From Sulfurospirillum sp. (GTDB lineage: Bacteria > Campylobacterota > Campylobacteria > Campylobacterales > Sulfurospirillaceae): DNA of 64,000 bases. The position numbers were made by a program, and so were the translations under genes. The stretch's first letter is position 1. Each line of letters begins with the position of its first letter. The notes under the pieces are model-generated. The model made no database searches. It was not told the DNA's origin and worked only from the letters and a program-made list of their open reading frames with translations. Below are positions 1 through 9,975 of the stretch, one piece after another. The DNA lies in NCBI GenBank assembly GCA_045047115.1, contig JASFYR010000022.1, forward strand, positions 39,405 to 103,404, given 5' to 3'.

Positions 1-1460
1 CAGGTAACGGTGCTTACTCACTAACAGGGCAACCAAGTGCATGCGGAACCGCTAGAGAAGTCGGAACATTCTGCCATAGACTGCCGGCTGATATGATGGT
101 AAAAAATCCAAAACACAGAAAGATAACAGAAAAAGGTTGGCATATACCAAATGGTACTCTAAATCCAGTCGGTAACCAACATATTATGAAAATTCACAGA
201 GACATAGAGGATAGATTTGTTAAGTTTGCATGGGTAAATGTATGTAATGCTTATCAAGACAGTGCAAGCGCAAAACACTGGCTAAAAGCAGCAAGAGAGA
301 TAGAGGATCTATTCTTGGTTACAAGTGACGGATACCCTGGAATCTCTGCTATGGTTTCTGACCTCGTGCTTCCAAGTGCCATGATTTATGAAAAATGGGG
401 AGCTTATGGAAATGCCGAGAGAAGAAGTCAATGGTGGAGACAACAAGTCTTGCCAGTCGGTGATGCTATGAGTGATACATGGCAGTGGGTAGAGCTTTCA
501 AAAAGATTTACAGTTGATGATCTATGGGGATCATATACTCTAAGAAACGGTAAAAAGCTAGCCGATGTCAGGGGAGATGCAAGATCTATGGGCTACAGAG
601 GTGATACAACCATGTTTGATATCCTCTTTGCAAATAACAGAGCAAAATCTTTCAAAGCCGATCGTGTAAACGACCCAATCCAAAGAGGCTATGACGACTC
701 TGAGGTATTTGGCGATGAGAGAAATGTAGTTGGAAGTGACGGAAAAGTCTTTAAAGGTTACGGTTTCTTTTTGCATAAATATCTATGGGAAGAGTATGCA
801 GACTTTGGTAGAGGACACGGACACGATTTAGCTCCTTTTGATGTCTATCATAGGGTTAGAGGTTTGAGATGGCCTGTTGTAAACGGGAAAGAGACTCTAT
901 GGAGATTTAATGGAGAGTATGATCCTTATGTTAAACATTTTGCAGGTCCAAATGCAGACTTTGCATTTTATGGTCCGATAGCAAAAAATCTACTTCAAGG
1001 AGATTTGAAAGGACCAGATAAGGCACTTGGTAAAAAAGCACTCAAAAATAAAGCGAAAATTTTTGCTCGCCCATATATGGATCCACCAGAAATGCCAGAT
1101 AACGAGTATGATACATGGTTGTGTACAGGTAGGGTACTTGAACATTGGCACAGCGGGACTATGACTATGAGAGTGCCTGAACTTTTCCGTGCCGTTCCTG
1201 AAGCTCTATGCTTTATGAACCCAAAAACTGCGCAAGAGAAAGGTCTAAAAAGAGGTGATTTGGCTTGGATTGAAAGCAGAAGAGGAAAAGTAAGAGCAAG
1301 AATTGAGACAAGAGGAAGAAACAGACCTCCGAGAGGATTGGTATTTGTTCCTTGGTTTGATGAAAAGATTTTGATAAACAAAGTCTGCCTAGATGCTACT
1401 TGTCCTATGTCAAAGCAGACAGATTATAAAAAATGTGCCGTTAAGATATATAAAGTATAA
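1..1460 (+). CDS. napA: Periplasmic nitrate reductase catalytic subunit (5'-truncated by window edge)
   Basis: Frame open from nt 3 ([30 protein letters not shown]); motifs [47 protein letters not shown]; followed by napG/H/B/F. Confidence 0.98.
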   Translation, partial: GNGAYSLTGQPSACGTAREVGTFCHRLPADMMVKNPKHRKITEKGWHIPNGTLNPVGNQHIMKIHRDIEDRFVKFAWVNVCNAYQDSASAKHWLKAAREIEDLFLVTSDGYPGISAMVSDLVLPSAMIYEKWGAYGNAERRSQWWRQQVLPVGDAMSDTWQWVELSKRFTVDDLWGSYTLRNGKKLADVRGDARSMGYRGDTTMFDILFANNRAKSFKADRVNDPIQRGYDDSEVFGDERNVVGSDGKVFKGYGFFLHKYLWEEYADFGRGHGHDLAPFDVYHRVRGLRWPVVNGKETLWRFNGEYDPYVKHFAGPNADFAFYGPIAKNLLQGDLKGPDKALGKKALKNKAKIFARPYMDPPEMPDNEYDTWLCTGRVLEHWHSGTMTMRVPELFRAVPEALCFMNPKTAQEKGLKRGDLAWIESRRGKVRARIETRGRNRPPRGLVFVPWFDEKILINKVCLDATCPMSKQTDYKKCAVKIYKV

Positions 1461-1471
1461 AAGGGTAAATT

Positions 1472-2350
1472 TTGAATCACAAACAGAAGGTTAAGTCATA
1501 TAAACAACCACTAAGTGAAAGTAGAAGAGGATTTTTGGGAACGACCAGAAATATTGGTCTTGCAATCTTGGGTGGTCTTACTTGGAGTGCTTATGTAGAT
1601 GAGGCAAAGGCAAATAAACTTTTGCTTCGTCCTCCCGGAGCTCTCAAGGAAGATGATTTTCTAAAAACTTGTATAAAATGCGGTCTGTGTGTGGATGCAT
1701 GTCGAAACAGAAATGGTAATATCATCTTTGATAAAAACGGCAAGAGAGTTGGCGCAAAAGATCCTACCCTAAGGCTTGCAGCTCCGGGAGACAATAAGCC
1801 TCTTGGAACTCCGTTTTTTATTGCAAGAGAAGATCCTTGTTTTATGTGTGATGATATACCTTGTGTTCCTGCTTGTCCTAGTGGAGCTCTTGATATATTG
1901 AGCCTTACAAACAAGAAGACAAAAAAGCTAGACATAAATATGGCAAGAATGGGTCTTGCCGTTGTCCACAAAGAGAGCTGTATAGCGTATTGGGGACTTC
2001 AATGCGATGCATGTTATAGAGCATGTCCTCTTATGGGAAAAGCTTTAACTATAGATATGCAGATGAACAAAAGAACAGGAAAACATGCATTTTTGCTTCC
2101 GGTTGTTCATAGTGATATCTGTACTGGTTGTGGACTTTGCGAAAAAGCTTGCGTTGTTGAAAAAGCTGCCATTTTTGTTCTTCCTCGCGAGCTTGCGATG
2201 GGAGAAGTCGGTACCCACTATGTAAAAGGCTGGGATAGAAAAGATCAACAAAGAGTTGGAGCTGCCAAATCTATACATACCAAAGATAAAAGAAGCGAAA
2301 GAAAAGCGATAGATAAACTAAACGACTTGGGAGGACTGTTAGATGAGTAG
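1472..2350 (+). CDS. napG: Ferredoxin-type quinol dehydrogenase subunit NapG
   Basis: Tat motif SRRGFL, LRPPGA, four Cys clusters (CIKCGLCVDAC, CFMCDDIPCVPACP, CDACYRACP, CTGCGLCEKAC); TTG start. Confidence 0.95.
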   Translation: MNHKQKVKSYKQPLSESRRGFLGTTRNIGLAILGGLTWSAYVDEAKANKLLLRPPGALKEDDFLKTCIKCGLCVDACRNRNGNIIFDKNGKRVGAKDPTLRLAAPGDNKPLGTPFFIAREDPCFMCDDIPCVPACPSGALDILSLTNKKTKKLDINMARMGLAVVHKESCIAYWGLQCDACYRACPLMGKALTIDMQMNKRTGKHAFLLPVVHSDICTGCGLCEKACVVEKAAIFVLPRELAMGEVGTHYVKGWDRKDQQRVGAAKSIHTKDKRSERKAIDKLNDLGGLLDE

Positions 2351-3176
2351 TATAAGATTTCTAATAACAAGAAGAGTTGTTCAGATAACTATTCTTTTGC
2401 TTTACTTTGGCGGTAATTACTATGGATGGAAGATGTTAAGTGGAGATCTCAGTTCATCATCTATACTGGGAATAATACCTCTTAGTGATCCTTATGCTGT
2501 ACTTCAAATGTTTGTTGCGGGTGCTGTTATATCATCAAATATTCTCATAGGAGCTGTGATTATTTTCCTCTTTTATGCGATTTTGGGTGGTAGAGCTTTT
2601 TGTTCGTGGGTTTGTCCTGTCAATATCATAACTGACGCAGCAAATTGGACAAGCAGAAAGTTTGGTTTTGATATGGTTGCCAAAAAGCAACCATCAAGCA
2701 GAAATTTGAGATATTGGGTTTTAGTTATAAGCTTAATTATCTCATTTTTTCTAGGCCTTACAGCATTTGAGTTTATTTCACCTATATCTATGATACACAG
2801 AGGTATCATATTTGGTATGGGATTTGGTTGGGCAGCTATGGCGATACTGTATCTGTTTGATCTTTTCGTGCTCAAAAATGGTTGGTGTGGACATATCTGC
2901 CCACTCGGAGGTTTTTATTCTATAATAGGAAGATTTAGACTGCTAAAGGTAAAACATGACAGCGAGGCATGTACGGGATGTATGAAATGCAAAGTTGTAT
3001 GCCCTGAAGTCCAAGTTTTACATATGATAGACAAAGTTTCTATTCCTGTGACCTCAGGAGAATGTACAAATTGTGGCAGATGCATAGATGTTTGTGAAGA
3101 TAATGCCCTCGGGTTCTTTTTGAAAGTAGAAAATAATAATAAAAAAGGAGAGATAAATAATGAAAAAAATGAGTAA
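2343..3176 (+). CDS. napH: Quinol dehydrogenase membrane subunit NapH
   Basis: Hydrophobic helices, GGRAFCSWVCP and WCGHICPLG motifs, two C-terminal 4Fe-4S motifs. Confidence 0.96.
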   Translation: MSSIRFLITRRVVQITILLLYFGGNYYGWKMLSGDLSSSSILGIIPLSDPYAVLQMFVAGAVISSNILIGAVIIFLFYAILGGRAFCSWVCPVNIITDAANWTSRKFGFDMVAKKQPSSRNLRYWVLVISLIISFFLGLTAFEFISPISMIHRGIIFGMGFGWAAMAILYLFDLFVLKNGWCGHICPLGGFYSIIGRFRLLKVKHDSEACTGCMKCKVVCPEVQVLHMIDKVSIPVTSGECTNCGRCIDVCEDNALGFFLKVENNNKKGEINNEKNE

Positions 3177-3783
3177 AATCGCTCTTAGTATCATAACTGT
3201 TGGAATTTTTGTAGCGGGTTGTGCCACTACAAATGAATCAGTTAGTGATAACTCTTTGAGTCTAAGAAAAGCCAATGTGCAAAGTGAAAGTACTATAAAA
3301 TTAAATAAAGTAAATTACACCAATGCAACACCGGGTGAAGCAAAGAAGATTGAAAGATCATATGACAATGCTCCTCCTCTCATTCCTCATAGTGTTGAAG
3401 GTTTACTTCCTATTACTAGAGCTAACAACTCTTGTTTGGGATGTCATATGCCCGAAGTTGCGTCAAGTGTTCACGCAACAGCTATACCAAAATCACACTT
3501 TATAAACTTTAGACCGACTGAGATTATCGCAAAGAATGGTAAACTTATCAAAAAAGGTGATATTGTAGCTAGACCAAACGGTGGAGCAAATGATGTTTTT
3601 GCAACATCAACACATGGGAAACTATATGCAGGAAGATTTAACTGTACGCAATGCCATGTACCACAATCAAATGCAAAACCTTTGGTTGGTAACACTTTCA
3701 AACCAGATTATATGAACAAGAAACAGATGAATCAATCAAATTTTGTAAATACATATGATCAGGGAATAAATACCGTAAAATGA
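3160..3783 (+). CDS. napB: Diheme cytochrome c subunit NapB (probable lipoprotein)
   Basis: NAPPLIPHSV, CLGCH and RFNCTQCHVPQ motifs; N-terminal lipobox-like FVAGC. Confidence 0.95.
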   Translation: MKKMSKIALSIITVGIFVAGCATTNESVSDNSLSLRKANVQSESTIKLNKVNYTNATPGEAKKIERSYDNAPPLIPHSVEGLLPITRANNSCLGCHMPEVASSVHATAIPKSHFINFRPTEIIAKNGKLIKKGDIVARPNGGANDVFATSTHGKLYAGRFNCTQCHVPQSNAKPLVGNTFKPDYMNKKQMNQSNFVNTYDQGINTVK

Positions 3784-4274
3784 TACAAAAACGAGAGCTT
3801 TTCGGCTCTCTTGTGTCATCTTTTAAAAGAGGAGGTCAAAAGAGTGAGACTATCATCCGACCTCCCTATTTTAGCGATGTTGAGAGTTTTTTAGAAAATT
3901 GCATAGAGTGTAATGGAGTTTGTGAAAACTTTTGTCAAGAAAAAATAATAGTTATAAAAGAGGATAAAACACCTGTTCTGGATTTTTCAAAAGGTGGCTG
4001 TACATACTGTGATGAGTGTGCAAAAGCTTGTGAATTTGGTGTATTGGATATAAAAAACAAAAGAAGCATTAAAGCAAAAATTACGATAAATGTGTTAGAA
4101 TGTTTAAGTTGGGACAAGACGATGTGTTTTAGTTGTAAAGATGTCTGCATGGAAGATGCCATAGTGTATCTTGGACTCTTTAGACCTGAGATAGATATGG
4201 ACATTTGTACAAATTGCGGTTTTTGCGTAAATGTCTGTCCTACCCAAGCAATTAAGGTAAAAAAATGGCAGTAA
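3780..4274 (+). CDS. napF: Ferredoxin-type protein NapF
   Basis: IRPPY followed by four Cys-rich Fe-S motifs; position after napB with ATGA overlap. Confidence 0.9.
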   Translation: MIQKRELFGSLVSSFKRGGQKSETIIRPPYFSDVESFLENCIECNGVCENFCQEKIIVIKEDKTPVLDFSKGGCTYCDECAKACEFGVLDIKNKRSIKAKITINVLECLSWDKTMCFSCKDVCMEDAIVYLGLFRPEIDMDICTNCGFCVNVCPTQAIKVKKWQ

Positions 4275-4543
4275 AATTTGTATCAACTATCAAAGAAGAT
4301 GGTATAGGCGGATGGTATATAGAGCTTGCAGACACTCTTGATAACAGAGTTGCAACTTGCAAAGATATGAAACAGTATGAAGATGCAATAGAGCAGATGG
4401 GCGATGATTATGGTGGAGATATAGAGGTTGAGTGGAAAAAAGATGATAATGTTACCATAGCTCATTTTGAAGAGGTTAAGATAGAGATAGCAAAATTTCA
4501 ACAACAGTATAACCAAGAGGCTATACGTGGAGTTAAGACATGA
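4265..4543 (+). CDS. Small acidic hypothetical protein inside nap operon
   Basis: 92-aa ORF overlapping the napF stop and the napL start (ATGA); no recognised motif. Confidence 0.8.
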   Translation: MAVKFVSTIKEDGIGGWYIELADTLDNRVATCKDMKQYEDAIEQMGDDYGGDIEVEWKKDDNVTIAHFEEVKIEIAKFQQQYNQEAIRGVKT

Positions 4544-5490
4544 AAAAGATTCTACTCATCTTAACTATATTGGTGATACAACTTTTTGCCAGAGAGATAA
4601 ACTCCTTGTATACGATAAAAACAGATGGAGAGATTTTAGGTGTTTTGGTACAAGATGACAAGATATATGCCTCCACTGATAGTGGCACTGTAGATATATT
4701 TGATATAGAAAAAAAAGAGCTTATAAGAGTTATCAAATTTGATAAGATAAAAGATTTTTTTGGAGATGTGAGTGATGCGAGAGTTTTCTCTATAGACAAG
4801 GAGGGGGGTAAGCTGCTTTTTGTATCGCAGGGAGAGGGAGGCTTTAGCAGAGTCTATCTATATCAGGGAAAAAAAAAGAGTTTGATATTTAACAAGAGAG
4901 ATAAGCTCTCTGTTGTTAAAGCAAAGTTTATCTCAAAAGATAAAATTATCCTGGCACTGCTTAGCTCACAAGTGCTTTTATATAATCTTAAAAGTAAAAA
5001 ATTTATTTACAATAAGCAGGTCTCTGGTTCAAAATTTTCAGACTTTGCACTTAACAGGGATAGAAGTAAAATGGCATTGGTGGATGAGAGCGGAAGTGCA
5101 ACATTGATAGATACAAAAGATGGAAAAGTTATCAAAGTCTTTAAGGGGGAAAATCTTGACAATGTATATCAAGTAGATTATAAAAATCATATAATTGCCA
5201 TAGCTAGCAAAGACAGAAGATGTGGAGTATATAGAGACGATGGAACTCTCTCGTATTATAAAAAAGCTGAGTTTATGGTATATAGTGTAGGTCTCAGTCC
5301 GGATGGCAAGATGTGTGCTTATCCAAGTGATTTTGTAAATAGTATAACAATTTTTGATACAAGTAACAAAGAGAATGTCTATAAACTAGTTGGTGATAAG
5401 AGTACGATTTCAAATATTATCTTTACTGGCGACAAGACTCTTTTTACAACAAGTAAAAATAAGATAAAATTTTGGAGGTTAAAAAAATAG
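4540..5490 (+). CDS. napL: Exported WD40/beta-propeller protein NapL
   Basis: Signal peptide, beta-propeller-like repeats ending IKFW, located between napF and napD as in Campylobacterota nap operons. Confidence 0.85.
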   Translation: MKKILLILTILVIQLFAREINSLYTIKTDGEILGVLVQDDKIYASTDSGTVDIFDIEKKELIRVIKFDKIKDFFGDVSDARVFSIDKEGGKLLFVSQGEGGFSRVYLYQGKKKSLIFNKRDKLSVVKAKFISKDKIILALLSSQVLLYNLKSKKFIYNKQVSGSKFSDFALNRDRSKMALVDESGSATLIDTKDGKVIKVFKGENLDNVYQVDYKNHIIAIASKDRRCGVYRDDGTLSYYKKAEFMVYSVGLSPDGKMCAYPSDFVNSITIFDTSNKENVYKLVGDKSTISNIIFTGDKTLFTTSKNKIKFWRLKK

Positions 5491-5874
5491 ATGAATATTT
5501 CAAGTATAGTAGTTCAGACACTACCAAAGTATTTAGAGGGTGTTGTAGAGGAATTGAAGAGTTGTGGAGCTTGTGATTACCATTTTCATGATGAGAGCGG
5601 AAAGATTATCATAACAATCGAGGGAGAAGATGTCTCTGAAGAGTTGCAAAAACTAAAAGTCATAGAGGCAATACCGCATGTAATTGCCGCTGATATGCAG
5701 ATGAGTTACAGTGAAGATGAGCTTGACCGCCATATGAGAGTTCTGGAAAATGCAGATGCAGTTCCAAAGGTCCTTGACCAAGATACTACAAAGATAGATC
5801 CTGCTACAGTTGTATACAATGGAGATTTGAGAAAAAAAGATATATATGAATTTGCTGAAAAAACTAAAGTATAG
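5491..5874 (+). CDS. napD: Nitrate reductase chaperone NapD
   Basis: MNISSIVV start, GKIIITIEGE, IPHVIAADM; last gene of nap cluster. Confidence 0.92.
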   Translation: MNISSIVVQTLPKYLEGVVEELKSCGACDYHFHDESGKIIITIEGEDVSEELQKLKVIEAIPHVIAADMQMSYSEDELDRHMRVLENADAVPKVLDQDTTKIDPATVVYNGDLRKKDIYEFAEKTKV

Positions 5875-5883
5875 AGAAATATT

Positions 5884-5892
5884 TGCTATAAT
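5884..5892 (+). promoter_or_regulatory. Extended -10 promoter (TGCTATAAT), probable leaderless transcript
   Basis: Exact TGnTATAAT 7 nt upstream of ATG 5900; no Shine-Dalgarno in between. Confidence 0.7.
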
Positions 5893-5899
5893 TTGATTT

Positions 5900-6268
5900 A
5901 TGAAAATAGAGAAAATTATAAAAGGTAAAAATCTAAAACTTACTCCTGCAAGAGTTGAGATTTTAGAGATACTTATAGAGCAAAATAAGCCCATCTCTTA
6001 TGATGACATAAAAGATGGGCTATCCATGGACAAGGCTACTTTTTATCGGAATATTTCTAAATTTGAGGATAATTCTATCATTAGAAGTTTTGAATCAAAT
6101 GATAAAAAGAGATACTTTTCCCTTGAGCAAAATTTTCATCCACACTTTATCTGCACAAGATGCAATACAATTTCATGTCTTAGCGAGAAAAATTTGATAA
6201 ATTTACAAGGTTATAAAATTGAGAGTATTATCATAAAGGGCCTGTGTCCAGCCTGTCTAAGTACCTAG
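5900..6268 (+). CDS. Fur-family transcriptional regulator
   Basis: LKLTPARVEIL, DKATFYRN helix, HPHFICTRC and CPAC zinc motifs. Confidence 0.9.
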   Translation: MKIEKIIKGKNLKLTPARVEILEILIEQNKPISYDDIKDGLSMDKATFYRNISKFEDNSIIRSFESNDKKRYFSLEQNFHPHFICTRCNTISCLSEKNLINLQGYKIESIIIKGLCPACLST

Positions 6269-6808
6269 CATCTCTTTTTTTAAACTCTTTTGTGCTGGTT
6301 TGTCACACAGCCAGATACCAAATAGTGCTTTTTTAAACTCCAATCCTTTGATGGAAGTGATAAATTTTGAGTTTTTGTAAATTTTTACTCCATTTTGAGG
6401 TGTATATATAAAGTCATAAATATCACCATCTTTTATCTCTTTTTTAAAGACATTGACAAACTTGTCAATCTGTTTTTTTAGAGGTTTTATATTGTTTTTT
6501 GTTGAATTCTCAAATCCCTCCATTGTGGCATCAATCATCTTTTTGCTTGTGATTAGTGATGAGGTTATATGTAGTTTTATAGCCATTGGTTCATTCTTGT
6601 TAATGATGCGAGATGCATCAGAACTTTCTTGCTTGAGGTATAAGCCGCCGACATACAGATCAAAGAAAAATTTGCTTCTAACTCCAGCTCCATTTAAGAT
6701 AAGTCCATTTTGAAGAGTATCTCGCATATCTATACCTGAAATCTTAGCTCCAAAACTTAAAGTAGATACAAGTAATAAAAGAGTCAAAAATTTAATAATT
6801 TTTTTCAT
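6257..6808 (-). CDS. Exported chalcone-isomerase-fold protein
   Basis: Signal peptide; LILNGAGVRSKFFFDLYVGGLYL and FKKALFGIWL...LKKEMLG typical of bacterial CHI-like family. Confidence 0.88.
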   Translation of the reverse strand: MKKIIKFLTLLLLVSTLSFGAKISGIDMRDTLQNGLILNGAGVRSKFFFDLYVGGLYLKQESSDASRIINKNEPMAIKLHITSSLITSKKMIDATMEGFENSTKNNIKPLKKQIDKFVNVFKKEIKDGDIYDFIYTPQNGVKIYKNSKFITSIKGLEFKKALFGIWLCDKPAQKSLKKEMLGT

Positions 6809-6809
6809 T

Positions 6810-7361
6810 TTAGAGTCCTAACGAAGGAGCAATGGCTCTCATGGAGAGGATAACTTCACTGATAAGTTCGTCCATACTGATACCAAGCATATCAGCACCC
6901 TTTTTCATCACTTCTCTATCTGCTCCTGCGGCAAAGGATTTTTGTTTAAATTTCTTTTTGACTGATTTTAACTCTAAATCCATCACAGATTTTGAAGGTC
7001 TTACAAGTGCGCAAGCTGTGATAAGTCCTGTAAGTTCATCCACAGCATACAGAGTTTTTTCCATCTTCGAGATCGGCTCTACATCTGTACAAATCCCATA
7101 GGCATGGCTCATAATAGCCCTTATAATCTCATCACTGTAGCCCAAAGGCTCCATTATCTCTTTTGTTTTATGACAGTGTTGCTCGGGATATTTTTCATAA
7201 TCTAAATCATGAAGCAAGCCTACTATGCTCCATATCTGCTCATCTTCACCCCATTTTTTAGCAAAGTATCTCATTGCTCCCTCAACAGCAAGTCCATGGG
7301 TCACAAGAGCATCACCATTGTACTTTTTTAATAATCTAAATGCATCTTCTCTATTTGGCAT
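6810..7361 (-). CDS. HD-domain (HDIG-type) hydrolase
   Basis: HGLAVE, GLLHDLDYE, AVDELTGLI, KKKFKQKSFAAG motifs. Confidence 0.88.
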   Translation of the reverse strand: MPNREDAFRLLKKYNGDALVTHGLAVEGAMRYFAKKWGEDEQIWSIVGLLHDLDYEKYPEQHCHKTKEIMEPLGYSDEIIRAIMSHAYGICTDVEPISKMEKTLYAVDELTGLITACALVRPSKSVMDLELKSVKKKFKQKSFAAGADREVMKKGADMLGISMDELISEVILSMRAIAPSLGL

Positions 7362-7370
7362 AACCTCTCC

Positions 7371-8909
7371 TTATTTTAGTAAAATTCTTAAAACGCCGAA
7401 AATAAATATAAAAAGTGCCAACTCTTTTAGATCTTTATCATACAATAAAGTAAAGAAGCTTGTCAATATAAGAGTGAAGCCTTGAAGTAGGGGTTTTATA
7501 AACTCTTTGCTCTCTTTTGCTATCCAATACAACTGTTCTTTTGAGAGAACTATGCCCAGTTCTCCTTGCGACATATTTTGCACACTCTTTTGTAAATTTT
7601 GTATAAAAAACGGAGTCTCTTTTATGGTATCAATAAAAAATTCAGCCATACTCTCTTTATTTCCCAGGGCTTTTGGGATATTTTCTTGCAGTATCGGGAG
7701 TATATCTTTTATGCCGTTGAAATTTTTTATATAAGTAGTTCCCAAGCCCTCTATAATGGCACTTGTCCTTAAGATATATATAGCATCACTTGGGAGTTTA
7801 AACGGAAAATCTCTTGTAGTACTTAAAACATCAAAAGCGAGTTTTTGCATCGATTCACTGGTGAGATTTTCATCGCTAAATATAGCAAACATCTTGGATG
7901 TAAATTCGGCTAACTCTGCAGTTGGAGCTTCATAAGCTATGGTTCCTAGTCTCTTGTTCGCGCTGATATAGAGCTCATAATTTTGTTCATTTGCCGCTTT
8001 TATCAGCTCAATTATTGCTACGCGCGTATCGTTTGCCACTCTCTTTACCATACCAAAATCTAGAAGAATCAACTCTCCTTCTTTCGAAACAAGCAGGTTT
8101 CCCGGATGTGGATCAGCATGAAAATAGCCCTCTATCAGCATTTGATCAGTATAAAAGTTGATAAGTTTTCTGATTATTTCTCTAAAATTTATCTTGTATT
8201 TGAGTAAATTTTCTTTATCATCAAACCTAAAACCCTCTTCATAACTCATCACCACAGCATCATCACTGCAAAATTTTTCATAAGGCTTGGGAAACCTTAT
8301 ACCACTCTCCTTATAGACTTTGCTGAAAGTTTTGAGATTTTGCAACTCTATTGTGAAAGAGACCTCCTGTCTAATCATCTTGCTAAATTCACAAATGACA
8401 GCATCTATAGAATTTTTAGTATATGTACTAAAGAGTGGTCTGAAAAGATTATTGAAAAAGTTTATAATTCTTATATCTGCGTTTACTTGAGTCTTTATAC
8501 CATATCTTCTTAATTTGACAGCCACCTTTTCACCATTTAAAAGATAGGCGATACGCACTTGTCCTATAGAAGCTGAAGCGATTGGTTTTTTGTCAAAATC
8601 TCTAAGAGGCGACATGTTTTTAAAAGCTTTTTCGTAAACTTCATCGAACTCTCTGCTTTTCATCGGAGGCAGTTTGTCGTGAAGCTCTTTTAGTTCCACC
8701 AAATACTCTTGTGAAAAAAAGTCTGATCTGGTTGCCAATACTTGTGCAAGCTTTATAAAGCTAGCTCCTAGTGCGAATATACTCTCTTTGAGTTTTTTCG
8801 GAGACAAAGCCCTAAAAAATAGAAATTTCTCTCTCTTTTTAATGATAAGATACAGAGTTAATAAAAATCGAAATACGCTATAAATTCTTATAGGGTTGTA
8901 AAACCTCAA
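7371..8909 (-). CDS. AarF/UbiB/ABC1 atypical kinase family protein
   Basis: FIKLAQ, ASASIGQV, VAVK, FHADPHPGN, LDFGM motifs; C-terminal TM helices. Confidence 0.93.
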   Translation of the reverse strand: MRFYNPIRIYSVFRFLLTLYLIIKKREKFLFFRALSPKKLKESIFALGASFIKLAQVLATRSDFFSQEYLVELKELHDKLPPMKSREFDEVYEKAFKNMSPLRDFDKKPIASASIGQVRIAYLLNGEKVAVKLRRYGIKTQVNADIRIINFFNNLFRPLFSTYTKNSIDAVICEFSKMIRQEVSFTIELQNLKTFSKVYKESGIRFPKPYEKFCSDDAVVMSYEEGFRFDDKENLLKYKINFREIIRKLINFYTDQMLIEGYFHADPHPGNLLVSKEGELILLDFGMVKRVANDTRVAIIELIKAANEQNYELYISANKRLGTIAYEAPTAELAEFTSKMFAIFSDENLTSESMQKLAFDVLSTTRDFPFKLPSDAIYILRTSAIIEGLGTTYIKNFNGIKDILPILQENIPKALGNKESMAEFFIDTIKETPFFIQNLQKSVQNMSQGELGIVLSKEQLYWIAKESKEFIKPLLQGFTLILTSFFTLLYDKDLKELALFIFIFGVLRILLK

Positions 8910-9181
8910 TCTTTTGATGATTTTAAATCCTCTTTTAATTTTTCTATGTCTTTTTTGGTGGCTAGACCTAGCTCGTCTATCACGTCTTTTATGGCTTTTT
9001 TAAAGAGTTCTTGAAGTTTGTCGTTCTCCTCTTCACCTCTTTTTTCCAAGGATTCCAAAAAACTTTTTGCATCATCTGTTTTGAGCTTACCTTTTTTCTC
9101 AAGCTTATCTACCTCCTCCTTTATGCTCTCCTTCATAATAGTAGCAGCACCTAATCCTGCATACAACATACTTTTTAACAT
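8906..9181 (-). CDS. Phasin-like small helical protein
   Basis: MLYAGLGA...VDKLEKKGKL...LGLATKKDIEKL pattern of the phasin-family proteins found upstream of ABC1 kinases. Confidence 0.75.
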   Translation of the reverse strand: MLKSMLYAGLGAATIMKESIKEEVDKLEKKGKLKTDDAKSFLESLEKRGEEENDKLQELFKKAIKDVIDELGLATKKDIEKLKEDLKSSKD

Positions 9182-9258
9182 GATAAATCCTTTTTTCTTA
9201 TTATATATATTTTTTTTAAATATAGTGTATAATTACGAAATTTTTTTAAAGGTAAAGT

Positions 9259-9975
9259 ATGAACAAGAGTTTTGTGACAGATTTGATTAGTGTTTTATTT
9301 GTAGCTGTATCATTTTTTGTGGTTGAACCATACAAAGATATACTTCTGTACATTGGTCTTTTTGCACTCTCGGGTGCTATTACCAATCAAATAGCTATAC
9401 ATATGCTTTTTGAAAAAGTGCCGTTTTTTTATGGTTCAGGTGTGATTGAAATGAGGTTTGATGCCTTTAAAAGCTCTATAAAAAATCTCATGATGAAGCA
9501 GTTTTTTACCAAAGAGCAGATAGATAACTTTTTTAGAAATGAAGAGAGAAAGCTAGACTTGACTCCTGTGATAGAACAGAGTGATTTCTCTCCCGCATAT
9601 GAAGCTTTGGTTAAGACGGTTATGGAGTCTTCCTTTGGCGGGATGCTTGGAATGTTTGGCGGTGAAAATGCTCTAAATTCCCTAAAAGAGCCATTTACTG
9701 AAAAATTAAAAGAGTCCGTATTGAAGATTTCACAAAGCAAGGTTTTTTCATCGCAACTTGAAAATTATATAAAAAATTCAGGTGTAAGCGATGATATGCT
9801 TCAAACCATAGAGACTATGATAGATAAAAGATTAGATGAATTGACTCCTAAAATTGTCAAAGAGATTGTCCAGGACTTCATAAAAGAACACTTAGGTTGG
9901 TTAGTTATCTGGGGAGGATTTTTTGGCGGTCTTATAGGACTTATTTCTGCTTTGGTATTTGTTTATGGTGTGTGA
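9259..9975 (+). CDS. DUF445-family membrane protein
   Basis: GLFALSGAITNQIAIHMLFEKVP and HLGWLVIWGGFFGGLIG termini. Confidence 0.85.
   Translation: MNKSFVTDLISVLFVAVSFFVVEPYKDILLYIGLFALSGAITNQIAIHMLFEKVPFFYGSGVIEMRFDAFKSSIKNLMMKQFFTKEQIDNFFRNEERKLDLTPVIEQSDFSPAYEALVKTVMESSFGGMLGMFGGENALNSLKEPFTEKLKESVLKISQSKVFSSQLENYIKNSGVSDDMLQTIETMIDKRLDELTPKIVKEIVQDFIKEHLGWLVIWGGFFGGLIGLISALVFVYGV

Noticed and set aside
3160..5874. NapB lipobox and inter-heme insertion; NapD C-terminal extension
   Set aside because: Longer NapB and NapD forms are usual in Campylobacterota; not evidently novel.
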